A DNA stretch of 41,941 bases from the NCBI GenBank assembly GCA_041574375.1, contig JBFFOS010000001.1:1-41941 (forward strand), given 5' to 3'. The position numbers and the translations under genes were made by a program. Under the pieces are notes generated by a model, which had not been told where the DNA came from, searched no databases, and was given only the letters and a program-made list of their open reading frames with translations. This stretch comes from Woeseiaceae bacterium. Lineage in GTDB: Bacteria; Pseudomonadota; Gammaproteobacteria; Steroidobacterales; Woeseiaceae. Below, piece after piece: positions 17,533 through 24,245 of this stretch (position 1 is its first letter; the number at the start of each line of letters is the position of its first letter).

Positions 17533-17561
17533 AAAAAGCCGGGCTTCGCCCGGCTTTTTTT
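17533..17561. terminator. Bidirectional rho-independent terminator between the convergent HU-like and hydrolase genes
   Basis: AAAAA-GCCGGGC-TTC-GCCCGGC-TTTTTTT: a 7-bp GC stem (17538-17544 / 17548-17554) flanked by an A-tract and a T-tract, so it reads as a terminator on both strands. Confidence 0.75.
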
Positions 17562-17576
17562 ATTTCGCTACCGCCC

Positions 17577-18215
17577 CTAGCTTTCTTCGGCAACAAATTC
17601 CATCACCGCCTGCCTGAGCTCCGTTAGCCTGCCATGGAAAAAATGCTCACCACCTTCGACGATGAGTAACTCCGGACCCGGCTCCAGGCCGTTTACCCAT
17701 TCGACCGTTTCATCAACGTCTACAAGCTCGTCCTCATCTCCCTGAATGACGAGCCACGGACAGTCCGGCTGCGATTCAAGGCCGGTGGCGAAACGACTGA
17801 TGGCCGGTGCGACACTGATGAGCCCATCGACGTGCGTCGCAACCGCGGCCTTCACGGCAATTGCGGCACCAAAAGAAAACCCTGCGAGCCATAAGGGATA
17901 GGACCCGTGGCGTGCGCGCATCCATTCAATTGCAGCGAGGGCATCATCGAGTTCACCCACGCCATTGTCATAGCGACCTTCGCTGTGTTCTGTACCGCGG
18001 AAATTGAAGCGCAACGCCTCGAATCCCGAACGAGCAAATGCTCTTGCCAGCGTATGCGCAACCTTGTTGTGCATTGTGCCGCCGTGTTGCGGGTGGGGAT
18101 GACATACAACCGCGCAGCCATGCAATGCACCCTCACCAGGCCTGTCAACAACAGCCTCCAGGCGGCCAACCGGGCCGTCTATAAACAGCTTTTCAGTAAT
18201 GGGGTGTTTGGTCAT
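17577..18215 (-). CDS. Alpha/beta-fold hydrolase (small COG2945-type)
   Basis: 212 aa. CHPHPQHGGTMHNKV...RFNFRG...LWLAGFSFGAAIA (GxSxG nucleophile elbow)...VIQGDEDELV...HFFHG. Confidence 0.8.
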   Translation of the reverse strand: MTKHPITEKLFIDGPVGRLEAVVDRPGEGALHGCAVVCHPHPQHGGTMHNKVAHTLARAFARSGFEALRFNFRGTEHSEGRYDNGVGELDDALAAIEWMRARHGSYPLWLAGFSFGAAIAVKAAVATHVDGLISVAPAISRFATGLESQPDCPWLVIQGDEDELVDVDETVEWVNGLEPGPELLIVEGGEHFFHGRLTELRQAVMEFVAEES

Positions 18216-18288
18216 TCTGAGTGCCGGGGTGGATAGATTCGTGATTACTGCTGTAAAATTATAAGCTTATGTAACCTGCAGAAGCGCG

Positions 18289-18414
18289 ATGAGCAATTGC
18301 ATGGAACTCGCAACACAGTATTGTGCACACAATTACGATTCACTGCCTGTTGCACTGATAAGCGGCGAAGGCGTTTTCGTCCAGGATAAGGGAAGCACCG
18401 CATGCCCGAGATGA
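18289..18414 (+). pseudogene. 5' relic of a class-III PLP aminotransferase gene (ornithine aminotransferase/RocD type); 41-codon ORF overlapping the next gene's start
   Basis: Manual translation gives MSNCMELATQYCAHNYDSLPVALISGEGVFVQDKGSTACPR*. The segment Y-x-AHNY-xx-LPVAL-xx-GEGV-x-V-x-D-x-G matches the conserved OAT N-terminus (human [26 protein letters not shown]; B. subtilis RocD [26 protein letters not shown], from memory). No frame downstream continues an aminotransferase. The TGA stop at 18412-18414 overlaps ATG 18411-18413. Confidence 0.55.
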
Positions 18415-19454
18415 GCGTTATACATGTCGTACTGCTGGCCATTACCACGGCCATTGGCGCGATCATCGGCTGGGTCATTCGCGGTAACCGCTCCCGGGAA
18501 GAAAAAGCCGCAATCAATCTGGGCTGGCAGGAGCAGATCGAGGCACAAAGAAAAGAACATGGTCGCCTCGTCGAGCAAAACAAAGGCCTCATGAAACAGG
18601 CTAGCCAGTTCCAGGCGTCGCACCAAGATGCGAAAAACCGTGCCAAGGAATTGGCGCTGGCCGTCCAGGAGGCGTTCGGGCGTCGTGACGAACTGCAGCG
18701 TGAAATAAAAGACATTCGCAGTAACCTCGAGGTCGCTGTAACGGAACGCGACCAGCTGCAGTCTGACGCAGCGGCACGCAGCGGTAACGAGGACCTCCTG
18801 CGTCAGAAGGGCGAGCGAATCACAAAACTCACCCGCGAACTCGAGAACTGGCAGAACCGCCTGCCTCCGCTGATTGAGCGGTTTCGGGAACGCAATGAAC
18901 AGGCTGAGCGCCTCGAGGCGGAGCTCAATATTGCGGAAGATCGTATTCGCGTGCTCGAAGCTGAAAAAGAAGCTGTTGGTCAGACCCGCATCGAGCCGGT
19001 TCATGATCCCGAGCAACTGACCGATGGCCTCGATGCATCGAACGACCCGGCCGACGGTTTCGATGAAGAAACCCCCGATTTCGAGACAGCCGCCCTGGAG
19101 GGAAACGGGCCGGTTGCCGAGCAGGAAGCGGAAGACTCGGACGCACCGAAATCAGAAGCGGAATCTTTGCCGGTGGCAAAGAACGAATCCGAGCCGCAGC
19201 CTGAGTCTGAAGTCGCCGCCGATACCGGAGCACACGCATCTCGTGACGATCTGAAGATGATCAAGGGCGTTGGACCGGCTATCGAGAAGACGCTCAATGA
19301 AATCGGCATTTTCCGCTTTGAGCAGATCGCCGACATGAGTGAATACGATATCGATCGTGTCGCGAAACGCCTCAGGGGATTTCACAGCCGTATCTACCGC
19401 GAAGACTGGATCGGGCAAGCACGAGATTTGCTCGACCAGGCAGCGAACGCCTGA
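18402..19454 (+). CDS. Membrane-anchored coiled-coil protein with acidic linker and C-terminal helix-hairpin-helix-like domain
   Basis: 350 aa. N-terminal TM (VIHVVLLAITTAIGAIIGWVI), then about 170 aa of heptad-like charged sequence, an acidic D/E/P-rich stretch, and a C-terminal LKMIKGVGPAIEKTLNEIGIFRFEQIADMSEYDIDRV...RIYREDWIGQARDLL. GGGAAG lies 6 nt upstream of ATG 18402. Confidence 0.75.
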   Translation: MPEMSVIHVVLLAITTAIGAIIGWVIRGNRSREEKAAINLGWQEQIEAQRKEHGRLVEQNKGLMKQASQFQASHQDAKNRAKELALAVQEAFGRRDELQREIKDIRSNLEVAVTERDQLQSDAAARSGNEDLLRQKGERITKLTRELENWQNRLPPLIERFRERNEQAERLEAELNIAEDRIRVLEAEKEAVGQTRIEPVHDPEQLTDGLDASNDPADGFDEETPDFETAALEGNGPVAEQEAEDSDAPKSEAESLPVAKNESEPQPESEVAADTGAHASRDDLKMIKGVGPAIEKTLNEIGIFRFEQIADMSEYDIDRVAKRLRGFHSRIYREDWIGQARDLLDQAANA

Positions 19455-19457
19455 TCC

Positions 19458-20414
19458 TTGGCCCACAAGCCAGGCATCGTCAGCTTATTCCTGACCCTCA
19501 TCGCCGGGGTCGCCTGGTCACTGGCGCTGCCAACCGGCTCAATCGAATTCCTGGCTGAAAAACCAGCTTACTCGGCGTCCGTCCCGCCCGAATTTGAGAT
19601 TTTGGCGCGGCGCGGACACCTGACCATCACCGCGCATACACAATCAGCGCGGCACGAAGAGCGGCTGAAACAGGTTGTTTCGGAGAACTTCCCCGACCAG
19701 ACCGTCCAGTTCGCATTCCGGCCACTCGGCGTGGCGCCCGACTGGTGGGAGAACGCAACCGCTGAATTGATCACGGCACTCGCCGAGGTGGACTCGCCAG
19801 GCGGCAAGCTCCACGGCAGCTCCGTGCAAATTCGTGGCGTCTTGACGCACAGCGCGTCATTGGAGCAAGGTCTGAAACCGTTACGACGGGCCTTGCCCGA
19901 AACGGCTGACTTCGATGTCCGGTATCTGGAACTTCAGCCAGGCGTGACCGCTCGTGCATTGTGCGAGCGCCAGTTCGCCACAATCGACCCCGGAGCGGTG
20001 AAATTCGAGGAATCAGGTACTGACCTGCGCGAATCGGCTTTTCCTGCGCTCGATCGCATCGTTGCGTTGGCCGATGCCTGTCGCGACTCGACAGTGATAG
20101 TCACAGGCCACACGGACTCGTCCGGAAACGAAGAATGGAACAGGCAGCTGAGCCGCGCCCGTGCCGAGACCGTTGCCCGCTACCTGGGTGATCGCGGCAT
20201 CGATCGGGAACGGCTCGTCGTCATTGGCGCCGGCTCATCGCTGCCCGTCGCGGACAACGCTACGCGCTACGGTCGCTCGCTGAATCGACGAATCGAAATT
20301 CGCCTCTCTTCAAAAGACCCTGTTCCCTACTCGGGCGACGTCAGTTTGACGAGTTCGATTTCAAACAGCAGCGTCGCATTAGGCGGTACAGGCGGCTTGC
20401 CGCGATCGCCATAG
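19458..20414 (+). CDS. OmpA/MotB-family peptidoglycan-binding protein with N-terminal membrane anchor
   Basis: 318 aa. The only usable start is TTG 19458, 3 nt after the previous stop. N-terminal hydrophobic segment [19 protein letters not shown]. The OmpA-like domain reads [22 protein letters not shown]...[31 protein letters not shown]...NRRIEIRL. A roughly 35-aa tail follows the OmpA-like domain; its last 29 codons lie antisense to the FKBP gene. Confidence 0.8.
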   Translation: MAHKPGIVSLFLTLIAGVAWSLALPTGSIEFLAEKPAYSASVPPEFEILARRGHLTITAHTQSARHEERLKQVVSENFPDQTVQFAFRPLGVAPDWWENATAELITALAEVDSPGGKLHGSSVQIRGVLTHSASLEQGLKPLRRALPETADFDVRYLELQPGVTARALCERQFATIDPGAVKFEESGTDLRESAFPALDRIVALADACRDSTVIVTGHTDSSGNEEWNRQLSRARAETVARYLGDRGIDRERLVVIGAGSSLPVADNATRYGRSLNRRIEIRLSSKDPVPYSGDVSLTSSISNSSVALGGTGGLPRSP

Positions 20415-20827
20415 CCAAGTTCAGGCGGAATTTTCAATTCGCGTTTTTCGCCAACAAGCATGCAGGTGACGCCGAGATCCCAACCACGGATCACCTGCCC
20501 GGCATCGATCTGGAACTGGAACGGATTGACACCACCCGACGACCAGATCTCCTGGCCACGTCCGCCGTCTGCGGTTTCATCGTACAACCAAAGCGTGGTG
20601 TGTACATCCGCATAATCCCTGCTCATCGCAGCACGGCCATAGCCTGACTTGACGACCGTTGCGGTCAGGCCATCCTGAATTTCAATGACTCCACTGGTAT
20701 CCGGTTGTGGGCACGCGACGCCGCCCGTCGTCGCCGACGGTTCGTCGACGGCCGACTGCTCACTCTGGCCGCATGCGGCGACCAGAACTGCGGTGCCCAG
20801 TGCCAGAAAAAATTTGCGGTTCATCAT
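20327..20827 (-). CDS. FKBP-type peptidyl-prolyl cis-trans isomerase lipoprotein
   Basis: 166 aa with lipobox LVAAC|GQ. The FKBP core is [10 protein letters not shown]...[54 protein letters not shown]. The start ATGATG overlaps the msrB stop. Confidence 0.9.
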   Translation of the reverse strand: MMNRKFFLALGTAVLVAACGQSEQSAVDEPSATTGGVACPQPDTSGVIEIQDGLTATVVKSGYGRAAMSRDYADVHTTLWLYDETADGGRGQEIWSSGGVNPFQFQIDAGQVIRGWDLGVTCMLVGEKRELKIPPELGYGDRGKPPVPPNATLLFEIELVKLTSPE

Positions 20828-21225
20828 TTTTGCTTATCCTCGAAATCCAGTGACGCTGAGTTGATGCAGTATCGCAGACCGGTTGGCTGCGGGCCATCTT
20901 CGAAAATGTGCCCCAGGTGAGCATCGCAGGCAGCGCACACGACTTCGACCCTGACCATCCCATGCGATTTGTCTTTTTTCGTCCGCACGGCATCTCCAGC
21001 CAACGGCAACCAGAAACTTGGCCAACCCGAGCCCGAGTCGTACTTGTTCTCCGAGCTGAACAGCGCCGCATCGCAGCATACGCATCGATACGTGCCATCG
21101 GCTTTGTGATTGACGAATTTCCCCGTAAACGGTCGTTCCGTCGCCGAGCATTGCGTGATCTGGTATTGCTCCGGACTTAGCCGGTCACGCAGATCCTTGT
21201 CGTCGCGGCTACTCACCCTTTGCAC
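20824..21225 (-). CDS. msrB: Peptide-methionine (R)-S-oxide reductase
   Basis: 133 aa. CxxC pairs (CVCCDAALF; [12 protein letters not shown]), GWPSFW and RYCINS are the MsrB signature. The GTG start at 21225 lies inside the 3' end of htpG. Confidence 0.93.
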   Translation of the reverse strand: MQRVSSRDDKDLRDRLSPEQYQITQCSATERPFTGKFVNHKADGTYRCVCCDAALFSSENKYDSGSGWPSFWLPLAGDAVRTKKDKSHGMVRVEVVCAACDAHLGHIFEDGPQPTGLRYCINSASLDFEDKQK

Positions 21226-23071
21226 CGGATTCGATTTCGAGCAGAAGCTTGTTCATGCGATGCACGTATTCGGCAGGATTATCCAGCTGGGAACCTTCAG
21301 CAAGTAGCGCATGATCCAGCACGATATGCGACAACTCGCCGAAACGAGTGTCGTCAGACTCTGCCGTTAAACGGCCGACCAGCGGATGGTCCACATTGAT
21401 TTCGAGGATCGGCTTCGATTCCGGAATCTCCTGGCCACTGGCTTCCAGCATACGGCGTAGCTGCGGATTCAGATCATTATCGCCTGCGACCACGCATGCC
21501 GGCGAATCAACGAGACGCCGACTGACATTGACAGCCTCAACACGGTCACGCAGGGCGCGTTTGACCTTTTTGAGCAATGCCTTGTGCTCCTCATTCAGTA
21601 CGTCCTGACTGACGGAACCGTCGCCATCAGGCAAATCGAGCGCCGAGCGACTGATGTCGACAAGTGCCTTACCTTCGTACTCACTGAGCCCATCGACAAG
21701 CCACGGATCGATACGGTCGGTCAGCAGCAGCACCTCGATACCACGCTCGCGCAATTGCTCGAGATGCGGGCTCGCGACCGCCGTGGCGTAGTTTTCGGCA
21801 AGAATGTAGTAGATCTTGTCCTGGTCATCCTTTGCCCGGCCGATGTAGTCATCGAGCGACTGGTCCTGCGCTTCGCTACCCGAATGGGTCGATGCAAATC
21901 GCAGCAGTTTTGCGAGCTTGTCCTTGTTTGCGAAATCCTCGATGACGCCTTCTTTGAGGACCTGTCCGAATTCGCCCCAGAACTTGCCGTACCCATCGTC
22001 TTTCGCCAGTTTGCCCAACATATCGAGCACGCGCTTTGTCAGCGCACTGCGCATTGCCGAGAGCTCAGGGTTTTGCTGCAACAGTTCTCGGGACACGTTC
22101 AGCGGCAAGTCGGAGGAATCAACGACCCCTTTTACAAATCGCAGGTACAGCGGCAGAAACTGTTCAGCATCGTCCATGATGAAGACGCGCTGTACGTAAA
22201 GCTTCAAGCCTCGTGGCGCCTCGCGATTCCAGAGGTCGAACGGTGCCGCTGACGGAATATAGAGCAGGCTCGTATACTCGCGCTTACCCTCTACCCTGTT
22301 ATGGCTCCACGTCAACGGGTCGGCAAAATCATGGGTGAGGTACTTGTAGAATTCCTTGTACTCATCCTCCGACACGTCAGTCCGCGAGCGTGTCCAAAGC
22401 GCCGTTGCCGAATTGACAACCTTGGTCTCCTCTTCGCCCTCGGCATGGAGGGACACCTTGAACCCGATGTGGTCGGAATACTTTCGAATGAGTGATTCGA
22501 TTCGATATGGCTCGGCGAAATCTGCCTCGTCATCTTTCAAATGCAAAGTCACGCGCGTGCCGCGCTCCGCACGCTCGATGTCTTCGATTGTAAACTCACC
22601 CTCGCCATCCGACTCCCAGCGAATTGCCTGGTCCAGACCGGCGCGGCGGGTGTCCACTGTTACCTTGTCCGCGACGATGAATGCAGAATAAAACCCGACA
22701 CCGAACTGGCCGATCAGCTGCGCGTCGTGCTGCTGGTCACCTGTCATCTGTTCGAGGAATTCGGCCGTACCCGAACGGGCGATTGTTCCGAGATTGTCGA
22801 TCAACTCCTCGCGAGACATGCCGATACCATTGTCCGTGACGGACAGCAGGCGTTTCTCCTTGTCGATCTCGATACGAATTTCCAGCTCGTCGTCGCCGAG
22901 CAGACCAGGCTGCGCCAGCGCTTCAAAACGAAGCTTGTCTGCTGCGTCTGAGGCGTTGGAGATCAGTTCACGAAGAAATATTTCCTTGTTGCTGTAGAGG
23001 GAGTGAATCATCAGCTTTAATAGCTGACGCACCTCGGTTTGAAACCCCAATGTTTCGCGCTTGTCGCCCAC
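21209..23071 (-). CDS. htpG: Molecular chaperone HtpG (Hsp90)
   Basis: [38 protein letters not shown]... is collinear with E. coli HtpG throughout. The ORF track starts at ATG 23104, but that ATG sits inside the sigma-32 -10 box and has no SD. GTG 23069-23071 is preceded by AGGAG with a 9-nt spacer and gives [11 protein letters not shown], almost the same N-terminal length as E. coli MKGQETRGFQ. Confidence 0.93.
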   Translation of the reverse strand: MGDKRETLGFQTEVRQLLKLMIHSLYSNKEIFLRELISNASDAADKLRFEALAQPGLLGDDELEIRIEIDKEKRLLSVTDNGIGMSREELIDNLGTIARSGTAEFLEQMTGDQQHDAQLIGQFGVGFYSAFIVADKVTVDTRRAGLDQAIRWESDGEGEFTIEDIERAERGTRVTLHLKDDEADFAEPYRIESLIRKYSDHIGFKVSLHAEGEEETKVVNSATALWTRSRTDVSEDEYKEFYKYLTHDFADPLTWSHNRVEGKREYTSLLYIPSAAPFDLWNREAPRGLKLYVQRVFIMDDAEQFLPLYLRFVKGVVDSSDLPLNVSRELLQQNPELSAMRSALTKRVLDMLGKLAKDDGYGKFWGEFGQVLKEGVIEDFANKDKLAKLLRFASTHSGSEAQDQSLDDYIGRAKDDQDKIYYILAENYATAVASPHLEQLRERGIEVLLLTDRIDPWLVDGLSEYEGKALVDISRSALDLPDGDGSVSQDVLNEEHKALLKKVKRALRDRVEAVNVSRRLVDSPACVVAGDNDLNPQLRRMLEASGQEIPESKPILEINVDHPLVGRLTAESDDTRFGELSHIVLDHALLAEGSQLDNPAEYVHRMNKLLLEIESGAKGE

Positions 23072-23102
23072 GCCGAATATCTCCTGTCCAAAGGCAGACA
23101 CC

Positions 23103-23128
23103 ATAGGGGCTGGACGGCTAATTTCAAG
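23103..23128 (-). promoter_or_regulatory. Sigma-32 (RpoH) heat-shock promoter candidate for htpG
   Basis: The minus strand reads GGGCTTGAAATTAGCCGTCCAGCCCCTATGG. CTTGAAA (23122-23128), a 12-nt spacer and CCCCTAT (23103-23109) compare with the consensus CTTGAA-N13-15-CCCCATNT. Confidence 0.5.
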
Positions 23129-23154
23129 CCCGGCAACGAGCCGGATTCAGCGGT

Positions 23155-23406
23155 TCAGGCGACGGATGCCCATTTTTTCGACGGAACAGTTACGGACCGG
23201 TACAACAGAACCACGAAGAGCATCGTGGAGGTTGCCAGCGCAATCGGTGGGTGTACTAGCGCAAGGCCGATCGCAGCAGCTCCAGCGGCCGAAATCATGG
23301 CAATGGAGACCACCCTGAGAAGAATCCTGCGCATCTTCTCCCATGCCAGCCCGAACACACCGCAGAGGTCGTCAAGGTCATCGAGGTACTGAAGCAGGCG
23401 TTCCAT
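23155..23406 (-). CDS. Hypothetical small membrane protein (two predicted TM helices)
   Basis: 83 aa: MERLLQYLDDLDDLCGVFGLAWEKMRRILLRVVSIAMISAAGAAAIGLALVHPPIALATSTMLFVVLLYRS... It has an acidic amphipathic N-terminus and two hydrophobic stretches. GAGG lies 11 nt upstream of the ATG. I recognise no family. Confidence 0.4.
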   Translation of the reverse strand: MERLLQYLDDLDDLCGVFGLAWEKMRRILLRVVSIAMISAAGAAAIGLALVHPPIALATSTMLFVVLLYRSVTVPSKKWASVA

Positions 23407-23414
23407 ATCGCTTG

Positions 23415-23606
23415 TTACCTCACGATGGTGAGAAAGGGCCCGGCGCTCTCAGCTTCGCCATTTACCGCGTCGGCGTCATGCAGTGCGGCATCGTTCGACT
23501 CTTTGGCATAGGCGATTGCGCGATGAAAGAGTTCCCAACGCTGTCGCACAGCATCACTCTTGAATGTCTCGCTCGGAAAATCCGTTTTCTCGTGTTTATC
23601 TGACAT
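23415..23606 (-). CDS. Hypothetical small acidic protein
   Basis: 63 aa: MSDKHEKTDFPSETFKSDAVRQRWELFHRAIAYAKESNDAALHDADAVNGEAESAGPFLTIVR. It ends 8 nt before the next small ORF. The SD is weak (AAGAG adjacent) and I recognise no family, so coding status is uncertain. Confidence 0.3.
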   Translation of the reverse strand: MSDKHEKTDFPSETFKSDAVRQRWELFHRAIAYAKESNDAALHDADAVNGEAESAGPFLTIVR

Positions 23607-23794
23607 GCTCTTCAGGCGTTGTTGGTCTTCGATAATTGCGACTATAGGGCCGCCATTTGGCCTGAGCCGTGAGGCAGGTCACACCTTGCTTAAACGATAT
23701 CCGGCGGGCGCAGAAAATGCCTGAAAACCAGACTCAGTTCCACCTTTATTGGCGACCCGGATCACAATTCTCTGAGCATGAATTTGCGTCACCC

Positions 23795-23825
23795 GAAAAC
23801 AAAAACGCCGGCGATTGCCGGCGTT
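23795..23825 (-). terminator. Rho-independent terminator downstream of the 23850-24125 ORF
   Basis: The minus strand reads AACGCCGGC-AATC-GCCGGCGTT-TTTGTTTTC: a 9-bp stem, 4-nt loop and U-rich tail, starting 24 nt after the stop codon at 23850. Confidence 0.7.
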
Positions 23826-23849
23826 GTGTAACAAGAATCTTGACGGTCG

Positions 23850-24125
23850 TCAGTTATTGTCATCATTAGAATCTTTTGACCAATTGCGGCGCACCTGGTC
23901 CGTCCAGTCCCGGTAACCTTTCCAGGAATACAATGACGGGTCGATACTCGAGCGGCGAGCGCGCGGCGCCGGCGCTTTGGATATCCAGCGACGATATTGC
24001 TGCCAACCGTCAGCATCATTGGCTGCCGGCTCGTTGGCGGCGACCGTCGTGTCTTTGGCCTTAGGGTCCTGTTCGGCATCCGTACCGAAACCCTGGTCCC
24101 ACTTCATGTGTTTGCTTTCTGGCAT
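23850..24125 (-). CDS. Hypothetical hydrophilic Trp-rich small protein
   Basis: The ORF is open from GTG 24182 (110 aa). ATG 24125 (91 aa, MPESKHMKWDQGFG...) or ATG 24107 are more plausible starts, but none has a strong SD. It has six Trp residues, an acidic N-terminal half and a basic C-terminal half (WQQYRRWISK...YSWKGYRDWTDQVRRNW). A canonical terminator follows it. No family recognised. Confidence 0.4.
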   Translation of the reverse strand: MPESKHMKWDQGFGTDAEQDPKAKDTTVAANEPAANDADGWQQYRRWISKAPAPRARRSSIDPSLYSWKGYRDWTDQVRRNWSKDSNDDNN

Positions 24126-24245
24126 TGGTTTGCTCAGTGATTCCCTATGAGCAAATGGTAAGTGTGGGGCGAGGCAAATCACAGGAACTGCATCACAGAG
24201 GAAGATCTTTTTTTTCCTTTTAAAACAATAAGTTAACTTACTTTT

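Noticed and set aside
18320-18333. Inverted repeat ATTGTG-CA-CACAAT, considered as an operator
   Set aside because: It lies inside the aminotransferase-relic coding sequence (codons YCAHN), has only 6-bp arms, and is probably incidental.
18245-19016. Minus-strand ORFs 18245-18715 and 18333-19016
   Set aside because: They are antisense to the coiled-coil gene. Repetitive charged codons on one strand give open Ser/Leu/Phe-rich frames on the other.
23072-23104. ATG 23104 as the htpG start
   Set aside because: It has no SD and lies inside the candidate sigma-32 -10 box. GTG 23071 has AGGAG and matches the E. coli N-terminal length. The ATG cannot be fully excluded without TSS data.
23669-23869. 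66-aa plus-strand ORF in the htpG-ppnN interval
   Set aside because: It crosses the minus-strand terminator hairpin and has no SD and no recognisable features. The interval is more simply explained as minus-strand promoter and terminator DNA.
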